64,000 bases of DNA from Eledone cirrhosa (lineage: Eukaryota). The stretch covers positions 155,372,001 through 155,436,000 of the forward strand of contig OZ024740.1 in NCBI GenBank assembly GCA_964016885.1, given 5' to 3'. The notes below the pieces were generated by a model. The model did no database searches, was not told where the DNA came from, and was given only the letters and a program-made list of their open reading frames with translations. Below are positions 39,101 to 51,002 of the stretch, one piece after another; position 1 is the stretch's first letter, and the number at the start of each line of letters is the position of its first letter. The translations under genes and the position numbers were made by a program.

Positions 39101-40466
39101 TACTTGCCGGTAAAGACAAGTTGAGCTTCCAGTAACCAGGTCCCTGTCTATGAGTTCTGTCAAGGTTGACCATGCAGGTCACTAACTTGTGGTCTGAATA
39201 GCCAACCATGCGCATTTTTGGACAACTTAAAAAGTCCTTATCCTTAATTCTAACTAAGAATCTATCTAGGTACGACCTAGATGATCCGCTACGATTTGCC
39301 CAAGTCCAGGTTGAAAGTTTGATCATCCAGTATGACGCGTTCAGGGATCTGGGCGATCCTTTCGGGCCTCATTTGAACTACAAGTTCGAGGCTCGTTCCA
39401 CTGAACGCGTTACCCGATGTCTTTCCCATGGACACCAGTGTGTCATCATCCAAGTTCAGGAAACCTGTCAAAACCCACCATATGTCCATAATCGGCAGGA
39501 TGGTGTGGATTTTTATTTTTTGTGTTCTTCTACCCATGTACGTAGGGTAGAAGGTGTATGCGGTGGATGTGATTGGTTTGATGGACAGTTTCACTGCTGT
39601 GTCCCTGTCCTTCATGAGAATGGATAGACTCCCGTAGAGTCTATCCTTCTGAATGAAGGTGATGTCCTTCATGACGTCTTTTAAAACCAGCTCTATCTCA
39701 CTCTGTGATGGTTGAGCTGGTTTTTTGCTTTTATTTGAGATTGTCCTAAACATGACAGTGTTTAGGAGTCTCTGGCTTTTTAGTTCTGGGGGGGGGGGGG
39801 GGAATGGATCTTGAATGAACCATTTTCCCCGTACACTATATATTTTTTGGCATCTGCCAATAGCTCCTTCGCTTTGGTTATATCTACTGGCAGATAGTCG
39901 AGGGTTTTCCTTGCCGTCTGGGCGAAGGAGGCCCTTTCCCTGCTTGTGTTGCTGTTGTAGTTGGTGGTGTTGTTGCTATCATTGTTGTTGTTATCACAGT
40001 TATTGGTCTTGTTGTTGTTATTGTTATTGGTGTTGTTTTCGTCCATGGCATTGTTGTTGTTGTTGTTGCTGGTGCCTCTGGTTCTTTGGTTTGTTGCCAT
40101 GGCAACGTCAAGTTGTCAGTCAGCAAGTGGAGAAAATCCTTCCTCTGGCTGACCTTTGTTTTTGACCTCTGCTACTGTGACAGTGGCAGGGGGAAGCTGT
40201 AAGTTTATCTTCCCCTTTCCTCCTTCGAATTTTGGTGAAGAAGCTTCAGCCATTTTAAAAAATGTTAACTTTTCAACAAGAAAAAACTTTTTTTGTTTAA
40301 CTATTTCGCCTAAAGGCGTAGAATATTTTGAGAGACTGACCAGATCAAAGTTTGACCTGGCAGTCCCTCTACAAAATGGTACAAAAATTAAAGTTTACAA
40401 ACAAGAATTTCTATAGAAATTTAAACAGAACTTACTCAGCAAGTTATACGCTTGTGTCCATCCCAG
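36174..40466 (-). mobile_element. Tx1-like LINE copy B; internal deletion removes ORF1 C-terminus and endonuclease N-terminus (junction about 39313)
   Basis: ORF1 part 39313-40254 joins directly to TWTWANRSGSSRSYLDRFLV; ORF2 36435-39313 has stops and AYTDD. Confidence 0.92.
40369..40435 (-). promoter_or_regulatory. Putative 67-nt spliceosomal intron in the 5' UTR of copy B
   Basis: TGA|GTAAGTTCTG...CTTTAATTTTTGTACCATTTTGTAG|AG. Confidence 0.68.
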
Positions 40467-42263
40467 AGATATAGATAGGTAGATGGATAGATAGATAGGA
40501 AGGTAGAGACAGATAGATAGGTAGGTAGGTAGAGATAGATAGATAGATAGGAAGGTAGAGATAGATAGATAGGTAGGTAGGTAGATGGATAGATAGGAAG
40601 GTAGAGATAGATAGGTAGATAGGAAGGTAGAGACAGGTAGATAGGAAGGTAGAGACAGATAGATAGGTAGGTAGAGATAGATAGATAGGAAGGTAGAGAT
40701 AGATAGATAGGTAGGAAGGTAGAGATAGATAGATAGGAAGGTAGATAGATGGATAGGTAGGTAGAGAGATAGATAGATAGGTAGGTAGGTAGAGATAGAT
40801 AAATAGGAAGGTAGAGATAGATAGATAAGTAGGTAGGTAGATGGATAGATAGGAAGGTAGAGATAGATAGATAGGTAGGTAGGTAGGTAGAGATAGATAG
40901 ATATGTTTCTTTTATTTGCCATCAGGGCATCAAAAGTGGGACAAGTACAAAGCAGGGAGTTTACAAAACAAGGCGTCCTCAATAAGGAGGAAGCAATAAC
41001 AAAATATAAAAATAAAATAAAATATAACAAAAAATAAAATTTATAACAAAATCCTCAATAGAGAGGAGGCGCCTTGCGGGGTCGCCCCCCCCCCCCCGAA
41101 AAAAGTGTGCAAGCCTTCTCCTCAGGAGCACAGAGAGGGGGTGCTCCCTCGTTCCTTCCTCTTTTCCACCTACAGGCTTATGTAAAGAGAAAACCCATTC
41201 ACACGTGCGATTCTCGCCACTTTCACCCACCTTTCATAAAAACGACTGGGGTGGAGCACCTCTCTCTCCATCCTGATCCTTCTTCCGAAATGATATCGGA
41301 AGAAACGGACCAGTTGTTGGCCAGAGAGAAAGGTGTCTGACCTCAGTCCTTTCAGACGCGTCCACCATACAACCTCTTTCGCCATGGCTATTACGCACAG
41401 AAACACCGCCTCTCCTTCGTTTTTGAAGAGGGGAGGCGGCTTGATTGTTACAATAGACTCGGTGGTCAAACGGATCGGTCCCACCCTTGACAGCAGTTGT
41501 TCGACATGGCCCCACAGATCGGCTACGCCCGATCAGTGTACCAATGCGTGTGCAACGGTTTCCTCGTCGCACACGCATCTGGGACAGATCTTTTTGGCGG
41601 GGTCCCTACCCGGGCGCCGGTGTCTGTAGAGCTTTTCTCGAACGGGTAGAGCCCCTCAGTAGCATTGCCAGGCCAGGGACTTCTTGAAGTTGTCCATGGG
41701 TCCCGGGCTGAATGTCCTACCGAACAGGTTGGCCAGTTCGTCCTCCTCCATGTCTAGGGCTTCTCCGAGGGCGGCGTCGCACCTGCTGCGTACCAGCCCT
41801 CTATAGAATGTTGCGGTGGATTCGCCACTGACAACCGGATCTGCCTGCCAGAGGGCGGTGAGCGCCTGGGCACACTCAGTGTGCCAGGCGCCCAGGGGGG
41901 GGGGGATTTTTTAGGAGGGCGCGGTTGATTGGTTTGGCGCGGGGGGGGGGGGGGGGGGCACATCCTCCGTGAAATTTATTTTCAGTGTTTTATAAAAGTT
42001 CATTGGGACTTTAATCATTTTTAAATGAGGTAGTCCCACAGCAGTTATAAAGTTAGGCCCTTCAGTTTGGACCGAAGGGTTTGATGAAATTGTTTTCAGT
42101 AGTTCTTTGTTGTCTGTGTTCATGTATGTATATTGTAAAGTCTTTTTTTGTGTAGCAGTTAGTGTTGTGTGATGGGGAGGGGTGGTTTGTATATAGTTTG
42201 TGTTCTCTTGGGGAGGGTTAAAGTTAACAAGTGTGTCTGTGGTGCGCCTCCTCTTCTTTCTTT

Positions 42264-43384
42264 TTACTGTTTGGAAGGGATCTTTTTCGTCTTGCGACGA
42301 AAGGGGTTCGTCTTCTTTGTTGGGTGGGAGGGGTATGTTTTCTGGTAGTGTTTGCGGTGTGTGTGTTTTTGTATTTGTTTTGGGTGGGGAGGGGTTGGGT
42401 GGGACAGTATTCTGTGTTGTTTTTCACGTGTTTGTTGTTGTTGTGGTGGTGGTGGTGTTGTTGGTTTTTGTTGTTGTTGTGGTTGTTTTTGTTGTTGTTG
42501 TTGTTGGGGTGGTGTTGGTGTTGGTAGCAGTGTTGTTTTCTGTGTGAGCTGGGGACAGGCAGCCCTCAGGTTACCTCTATTGCCACAGAGGTAACAGGAG
42601 GGACGCCTACCCTCCACAATAATATTGAGGTGGGTACGGTCATCCAGCATGACGCGCTCAGGGATTTGGGCGATACGTTCTGACCTTATTTGTGTCAGAA
42701 CTTCGATACTCGTTCCACTGAACGCATCGCCAGATGCCTTCCCTATTGAAATGAGGTTGTCCTCGTCTAAATTGAGGAAACCGGTTAGTAACCACCAGTA
42801 GTTTATGTTTGGGGTGATGGTGGTTATCCATATTCTCTGGGTTTTTTTACCCATGTAGGTGGGGAAGAAGATGTAGTGTGTGGAACGAATTGGCGACACA
42901 GAGTATTTTTTCGCCGCCAATTCGTCTTTCATCAATATGGATAAACTCCCATAGAGTTTATCCTTTTGTATGAAAGTGATGTCTTTCATCGCTTCTTTCA
43001 GTACTAACTGAATTTCAGCTTGAGATGGTTGTGCTGGTTTTTTTGTTTTATTTAAAATTGTACGGAATACGACAGTTCGTAATTCCGTCTGTTTTTTTAG
43101 TTCTGGAGGTGAATTTATAGAAAACGAACCGTTTTCGCCAAAAGATAAATATTTTTTGGCTTTTTCCAGCATTTCTTTGGCTTTTGAAATATCTTCAAGC
43201 ACATAAGTGACTGATAATTTAGCCGTTTGTGCAAAAGATATTTTGTTTTCGTTGTTGGTGTTTGTATTGTTTTGTTTCTCATCGTTTGAGTTGTTTTCAT
43301 CTTTGTTGTTGTTGTCTTTCTCGTTTGGTGTGTGGATACTTGTGACGTTTGTGTTGTTGTTGTTTTTGTTATCTTTATTGTTGC

Positions 43385-43415
<31 letters not shown>

Positions 43416-43589
43416 TTCAGTTTCTTGTATAGTTGTGGCTACATCAAGTTGTCGGTCAACAGGTGAAGAAAATTCTTCCTCTGGCTGACCTCTGCCTTTG
43501 GCATCTGCTGCTGTGACAGTGGCAGGGGGAAGCTGTGAGTATGACTTCCCTTTTCTTTCTTTGAATGTTGGTGAAGATGCTTCAGCCAT
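42264..43589 (-). CDS. Copy C ORF1 protein (N-rich low-complexity N-terminus, conserved core, degenerate zinc knuckle CYLCGNRGNLRAAC); C-terminal part frameshifted, homology continues to about 41900
   Basis: Long ORF starting MAEASSP; homologous to ORF1 of copies A and B. Confidence 0.82.
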
Positions 43590-43721
43590 TTTTATCAAAA
43601 TATGATTTTTCGAAATTTTTCGAAATTTTTTGAAAGATAAAATTTTTACAACACTATTTCGCCTAAAGGCGTAGAATATTTTGAGAGACTGACCAGATCA
43701 AAATTTGACCTGGCAGTCTCT

Positions 43722-43788
43722 CTACAAAATGGTACAAAAATTAAAGTTTACAGTTCACAATTTCCAGATAAATTTAAACGAAACTTAC
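43722..43788 (-). promoter_or_regulatory. Putative 67-nt spliceosomal intron in the 5' UTR of copy C
   Basis: TCG|GTAAGTTTCG...CTTTAATTTTTGTACCATTTTGTAG|AG. Confidence 0.68.
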
Positions 43789-45124
43789 CGAGCGAGCTCA
43801 GCACATGTGTCTATCCCAAGACTGATAGATTAGAGACAGATAGATAGGTAGGTAGGTAGATGGATAGATAGATAGGAAGTTAGAGATAGAGAGATAGGAA
43901 GGTAGAGATAGATAGATAGATAGGTAGGTAGGTAGATGGATAGATAGATAGGAAGGTAGAGACAGATAGATAGATAGGTAGGTAGTTGGATAGATAGATA
44001 AATGGATGGATAGATAGATAGATAGGTAGGTAGGTAGATGGATAGATAGATAGGAAGGTAGAGACAGATAGATAGATAGGTAGGTAGTTGGATAGATAGA
44101 TAAATGGATGGATAGATAGATAGATAGGTAAATAGATGGATAGATAGAGGGAGACAGAAAGGAAGACAGAGTTTTCTCTTTATTCAGAGAACAGAAAAGA
44201 TTTAAAGTAATTCCAACTGTGCCAGATTAGGTAAATATAATTTGACAATATGAGTGAAAAACTGAAAAATGATTCAATGTGGAGGAAAGGTGATAGATAA
44301 GGATTAAAATATTTCAAAAAATGAATATAGGTTTTGAAAGGTCCACATATGATAAGCTTTTGTAAATAGAATAAAATAAAATGAGATATGTAGATTTTAT
44401 TTTCATTTAAAGATTTCAATGGTATTATAAGCATGACTTAGTGGTGATAGTGGTTATGGAAGCAGAGTGATAAAGAGAGTGAAAAGGCAAGACAGATAGA
44501 GAATGAGCATATGCAAATGATAGATAGGACTCTCTTTCTTTTGCAAACACACACACAAATACATGATCAATAAAAACGGATAAAAATCACAAACAATTAA
44601 ACTAGAATACTCAGTATATCATGTAGAGAGAGTACATTCATTTATTTAAAATCTAACTGTTACAGGTGTAATTCTGTTTCTGCCAGTTAAGTATCCATCA
44701 GCTGCTCTCTGAAGAATTCTCAACTGAAAGAAACAGAACTACTCCAATAAGAGTCACCTCTTAAATACATTAACATATGCACACACGTGGGATAAATGAA
44801 CAAACGCAGCCAAGCTCCTCATCAGCCACTACTCAGGCAATAGATTTTCTTGCATAAAAGTGGGATTGTATAATATTGAGCCCAAGTTGTATGATGGCTT
44901 GAGTAAACCACTGGAAAGATGTGTATGAGACAACACAACATCACTGTGACAGAAGAACGCAACAAAGTATTTTTCAACAAATAAGAATAGAAAGTCTTAC
45001 GACGGGAAACAGAACAGGATAGAGTATAGGCAATCAGACAAGTTGTGTAAAATCTAACACAGGAAGGAAGGAAATATATGTACATATATATGTGTGTGTG
45101 TGTGCATATATAAATATATATATA

Positions 45125-45475
45125 TGGAGGCACATGGCTTAGTGGTTAGAGCATTGGCCTTGCAATCGAAAGGTTGTGAGTTCAATTCTCAGACCGGGTG
45201 ATGTGTTGTTTCCTTGAGCAAGACACTTTATTTCACATTGCTCCAGCTTACTCAGCTGTAGAAATGAGATGATAGGGACTGGGGTCCCTATCATTCCACT
45301 GAAAAGTGGTCGTGGAGGTGCCACGGCAAAAAAGCACCCAGCACTCACTGTAAATGAGGTTGGTGTTAGGAAGGGCATCCAGCTGTAGAAATCAAGCCAG
45401 AATCAGTTCCCGTCCCACCCTTGCAAGCAGGGAAAAGCGGACGTAAAATGAAATGATGATGATGATGATGATGAT
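45125..45475 (+). mobile_element. tRNA-derived SINE (family S2) with RTE-derived 3' tail
   Basis: A-box TGGCTTAGTGG, B-box GAGTTCAATTC, central CCTTGAGCAAGACACTT, tail TTGGTGTTAGGAAGGGCATCCAGCTGTAGAAA...GGACGTAAAA(TGA)n shared with the RTE 3' UTR. Confidence 0.85.
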
Positions 45476-45479
45476 ATAT

Positions 45480-45590
<111 letters not shown>

Positions 45591-46582
45591 AATCATCATC
45601 ATCTCATCATCATCACTGTTTAATGATAGCATTTTCCATGCTAGCATGGGTTAGATGAGAGTTGTCCCATTATGAGACAAATAAGATGAGGTGACCATGT
45701 CTTGCTCATACAGAACTGTTTCTGGCTTGGTTTCTAATGCTGGATGCTCTTCCATATGAGTGTTTGTATATAATTAATGTCTGCCCGATATAGATAATTG
45801 CTACCTTAGGTTTAAAAACATGCCCCTGTTTTAGCCATAAAGTATTATTATGGTCTACTTGGACCTGCTTTTCATTAGGCAAATAGATAAGATGGTTGAC
45901 ATTACTTCCCATGAGATCTCGTGAGATCAAAGGGAGGTATCTTATGGTTATTCAAGGGAAGTATTCGATGGTTAAATAGATTTTCATATCGAAGTCAGTA
46001 CTCAAATGGCGCTACAGATCTCTCCAATGGGCCAGGAGCCTGCATCTCTCTTCTATATCTTCCCACATTTACCAAGTGCATTTTACTATGGCACCAGTAC
46101 TAGAGAGGTTGTAATATCTTTAACACAGCTCACAAGGCCTCTTGGTTCTATTTTTGACAGCTTTTCTATCACGCACCAACCACATTACAGAGTGTACTGG
46201 GTGTGTTTATTATATAGATTACCAGCATTAGAGAAGTTCATTGACTGAAGTCCTTTGACCTCTTTTTGATATAGGTGTACTGAGTGCATTATTTGTGCCA
46301 CCAGTACGAGGGAGGTTGTCAATTATTGACTCATTGCAGAGCCAATGAATGAAAGGAGAGGGAGAAAAGGAAGATAAGTATGAAGTTATATGTGTATGTC
46401 AAGTGTAGTGGGATCTCCCAATAGTAGGGATGGGGTATTGTGATTATAACAGTTTCAAAGGGTTTATGACAGGTGTGTCAGGATTTTAGAGGAGTTGTAC
46501 AGGGGTGAGTATAGCTAGTAAGAAGTGTTAGAGAAAAAATAGATATATATTTACATATATCTCTGAGTGTACGTGTGTATGG

Positions 46583-46652
<70 letters not shown>

Positions 46653-47299
46653 GTATATATACATATATAGTTTGGATGGGATCACCCATGTAAACTCTCA
46701 TATCTCAAGAAGTGTCAATTAAGAGTCGGGATCCGATCACATGATCAAACCCAAGCTGATCAATATAGAAACAATTGTAATATGAAATAAAGTTTCACAA
46801 AAAGCTGCAATTCTAATTCTCTCTCTCTCTTTATATATATATATATCTCAAAGAAAGCATTTTTTGTTTTGAAGACAACGAGCAAAGTTTGAAATTGAGT
46901 TAGAAATAGAAGCTATCGCTGTATTTTGACTAAAGAAAATTAGCCTGATAGTGGGTTTAAAACCCTCTAAATGGAAAAGGATGCGTACTGACGTACTATA
47001 CACACACACACACATATATATATATATAGAGAGAGATATAGTAAGAATGTATCAAATAGAGTTTGTCTTTCAAACTGAAGTGTAAACAACATAAGCAAAC
47101 AGATAAAAATGATACGTTATTTCTAATTAGTTTATTTCAGAACTCATTTACTGGAATCCATTCTATGATGGCATTATTGATTAAAATAAGAAAATAATGT
47201 TATGGGTGGCAAATTGACAGAAACAGGAGAATGCTTAACCCTTATATTACCATATTTCTTTCTCTTGCTGTCTCTCTATTTATCTATCTATCTAGCTAG

Positions 47300-47570
47300 A
47301 TATTTATCTATCTATCTATCAACATCATCACTGTTTTATGTTAATTTTTCCGCACTAGCATGGGTTATCTATCTATCTAGCTATTTATCTATCTACATGT
47401 TTATCTATCTATCATCCCCATCATCACCGTTTTATGTCAATTTTTCCACGCTAGCATGGGTTATCTATCTATCTAGCTATTTATCTATCTACATATTTAT
47501 CTTTCTATCATCCGTATCATCACCGTTTTATATCAATTTTTCGCGCTAGCATGGATTATCTATCTATCTA
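47300..47570 (-). repeat. Three tandem ~98-bp units of RTE/SINE 3' tip plus (ATCT)n
   Basis: ATCATCACYGTTTTATRTYAATTTTTCC...CTAGCATGG repeats near 47323, 47420 and 47517. Confidence 0.75.
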
Positions 47571-48213
47571 ACTAACTCACCTTAGCCACTAAGTTTTCAT
47601 GATGACTATATATATTCCTACTAATTACACAGATCTACAAAATTTCAAAAACTTATGCTATCCTGGGAATTACCTTATCAGAGGCAGCACCTCATTAGTC
47701 TACTTGATCAAGGCTGACCTCTAGGTAAATAATAAAATTATATATTTAAACACAAGTATACAACATACATAAGTAGTGCAGCTAGAAACAGAAGTGGTAC
47801 AAGCAAAGAAATCATAGCAATATCCAGTAGTTAGCTGACAAAAAGGAATATATCCGTGTTTTTTCTGTTGTCCATCCTTATTGCATATTCTGACATATAT
47901 ACACACACATGTATATGCATGCACACATATACAGCTCTGTATAAAAAACGTTTTTTTCCCCCTTTCAGATAGATACACTCCATCCCATCATCACCTTTTC
48001 AAAACAAGTATATCATACATAAAATGCCAGCATCAACAGTTTTCCAAGAGATGGTAACATGAATGAACCTGTAATTTTCCTCTAAAAAAATGTTTTCCCA
48101 TTTCTGCTTTGCTCGTCTCCTCAGTTTTTCTATTTCTTCTTTAATTTCTCATTCTTTCTCCTGATGAAGGACCAGTGTCCGAAGACGTTTGCTTTGTTAT
48201 TTTTGTTTGCCTT

Positions 48214-48252
<39 letters not shown>

Positions 48253-49000
48253 CACAGCCACAACATTATATCACAATATATTTGAAACAAGATTGAAACC
48301 AAAATTTATCTGAGATTAGGAAGCTGAACAGGAAATATTCTTCATACATTAAAAATGAACATCGATTTTATTTTATTTTATTCCTTTTAATATTATATTT
48401 TCTTCAAATATCATAAATATATTCAGTGGTTGCTTTGGAAATGTCAGATAGCATTTGTCTCATTAGATCATCTGGTCGTTGAGGAAAGAATAGTTACACA
48501 CACACACGCACACACACACACACATATATAGGGTGTCTCCCCAAAACGTATACACATTTATTAGAATGCTATTAAAGTATGTATACATTTTTGGAGGACA
48601 CCTTGTGTGTGTGTGTGTGTGTAGTATATACATAACCATAAATAGTATCCTTAATACTATATATATATATATATATGCATATATTGCTTTATGCAGACAT
48701 GCATGCATATATACACACATAGATACATGCATGCATGTATACATATTTACATATACATACATAATTACATACTTACACTCACATTCTTCTGAAATATAAC
48801 ATTAAAGAATTAGTGGTACCAACATTTTGAAGTGGTACCAACATTTTGAAGTCTCCATTTATCTGATTCTTGTAAATGAAAGCATGTGATAATAAAACTG
48901 AAATTTATCAGAATTTTCTTTTCTGACTTCCAATCAATGTTAATTGTGGATTTAAAGATTTAATTGTGGATTTAAAGATTTAATTTAATACCAGAGTGTA

Positions 49001-49534
49001 ATGTTCATCGATACAACCCCTAGAGGTGAATTAGCTTACAAATTTAGAAGGGCCCTAGATAAACATAAACTCAATATTAAGATAGTAGAAAGACCAGGTA
49101 CCTCCATAAAAACACTTATTAGCAAGACATACCCTTTTCAAATACCCCCCTGTATAGATAAGAAATGTATAACCTGTAAATTAAGCCCCCATATTAACTG
49201 TAAAACTAGAAATGTAGTATATAGCATAAGATGTACTGAAGGACAATGTAGAGATAAAAATATAGTGTACATAGGTGAGACAGCTTGTAGTATAGGGGAA
49301 CAGATAAATGAACACTGGCGAGACCTTCAAGATAGTAAAGAATCATCTGTACTCTACCAACATGCTAAAATAGAACATAAGGGTAAATTAGAGAACATAG
49401 AAATAAAAATAGAATCTACACACAGAAAAGACGCAATGTTTAGACAAATCACAGAGGCAATAAACATAAAAGAATTACAACCAAAATTAAATAGAAAACA
49501 TGAGTGGAACAGCAACATCACAACTTACAATTAA
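49001..49534 (+). pseudogene. Penelope-like element ORF C-terminus: Cys-rich linker + GIY-YIG endonuclease
   Basis: C...C..C...C.TRNVVYSIRC...YIGET...EH...QH...H...RQITEAINI...LNRKHEW is the PLE GIY-YIG pattern; 5'-truncated. Confidence 0.9.
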
Positions 49535-49924
49535 GAACAAAATGAAAACACACACACACATAGAACAAACAACCAACCAGTAACATGTAAATAAACAAAT
49601 AAATAAACGAATATAAACACACACAGACACCCGGATGTGGCGCATGCGCAGACTGAGCACACGACACACACACAGAAACAAGATGGTGTAGGACAGAACA
49701 AAGGAGAGGCACAGAAACAAAGAAAAGAATCCCCAGTCACTGAAGAGGTCACATAATGTGTGACGAAAGAACTTTGACAATATATAAACAACTATCTGGT
49801 TGTGGAACCAACCAACCAACCGGAAATTTATAAATTCCTAAATTTATAAATTTATTATAATAAATTGAAGTGAAAGCAACTGGTGTGTGTGTTTCTTATT
49901 GGCAACATGACCCTCCTAAAGTAT

Positions 49925-49930
<6 letters not shown>
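49535..49930 (+). mobile_element. PLE 3' pseudo-LTR (family H3) with hammerhead at 49736-49778
   Basis: GUCA-CUGAAGA-g-GUCAC(auaaugu)GUGAC-GAAA-G(aa)C-UU^-UGAC; AATAAA downstream; ends in (TA)n. Confidence 0.86.
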
Positions 49931-49987
<57 letters not shown>

Positions 49988-50057
49988 TGATCATCATTTC
50001 ATTTTACATCCACTTTTCCCTGCTTGCAATATATATATATACATATATATATACATA

Positions 50058-50095
<38 letters not shown>

Positions 50096-50267
50096 CATAT
50101 ATATATATATACACACCCACATATATATATATATACACACCCACATATATATATATATATATACACATATACATATACATACATACATACACACCCACAC
50201 ATATACACATATATATATATATATACCTGTATTCAATATATGTCCATACATATATATATATATATAT

Positions 50268-50949
50268 TGTGAAATAGACTGGTTTACACACGTGGTTGTC
50301 GCTAACCAGCTCGCTACTCTATATCGCTGTATAATGGATGCTGGCATTTAATGTCCGGATAAAGGTTCTAGACACTACCACTGCTACTATCACTATCCTA
50401 TCGCCATGGGACTTGGAGACATTCTATTATACAACGATGTGGGACTGCTATTTCTAATAACCAACTTTTCACTATCTTATTAATTTGTGTTTGAGACACG
50501 TTGGCTGAGAGCTTTTGACAGGAGCGGAAATATTTGTTTTCTAATCTCCTGCCACCACATAAATTTGTAAATCGGTGGCCGATCAGGGGACAGAATTGTA
50601 TCAGATTCCAGTTGCTAATCACTTTACTGTGTCAGCCGTCACAAACAGTCATAGCTGGCATGGACTGGTGTTGAATTCTGTCGATCGATTGGTTATTGAT
50701 TAGGCAATACCCACTGATGAAGCCACATGCGCCGATTATGTATTGTTGCATAATATATGCAGACAGAGGGTGCAGTGCACCATACTGCTGAATTAAGTCC
50801 GGGAACTACTATAGGCACCCGTTAACGTGTGTTGTATTGAAGCGAATAACTATGTGTAAACTCTGGGAATGTACTCTACGTTGCCTATTGAGTACGCTCA
50901 GATACAACCGGTCCTGGCATTGATAAATATGCTAGGTCCATCAATTCCT

Positions 50950-50950
<1 letters not shown>
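50268..50950 (+). mobile_element. Non-coding insert in (TA)n, probable PLE pLTR with a split hammerhead-like motif
   Basis: More CpG-rich than its surroundings, bounded by (TA)n; CCCA-CTGATGA...TAAA-CTC-TGGG. Confidence 0.45.

Positions 50951-51002
<52 letters not shown>

Larger units (their letters stand above)
40905..43822 (-). mobile_element. Tx1-like LINE copy C: 5' UTR + ORF1 + last ~1 kb; endonuclease and RT deleted (junction about 41896)
   Basis: The ORF1 C-terminal poly-C run joins directly to LGAWHTECAQAL of the ORF2 C-terminus. Confidence 0.92.
29920..44148. repeat. (GATA/GGTA/GGAA)n compound microsatellite tracts flanking each Tx1-like copy
   Basis: Tracts at about 29920-30017, 35892-35902, 36003-36173, 40467-40904 and 43823-44148. 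Confidence 0.92.

Noticed and set aside
39300-41910. Internal deletions of copies B and C as products of splicing
   Set aside because: Junctions do not match GT/AG boundaries in the sister copies; they look like microhomology (CAAC, poly-C/CTGGG) deletions.
45125-45200. tRNA gene (also SINE heads at 24518 and 62501)
   Set aside because: A/B boxes present but no complete cloverleaf, and they continue into SINE body and tail.
48161-48190. CTGATGA-A-GGAC-cagt-GTCC-GAAGACGTT hammerhead-like motif (also partial motifs near 3500, 46770, 46870, 58815)
   Set aside because: Core box altered, or stem I/5' half missing; probably decayed PLE remnants, not called as ribozymes.
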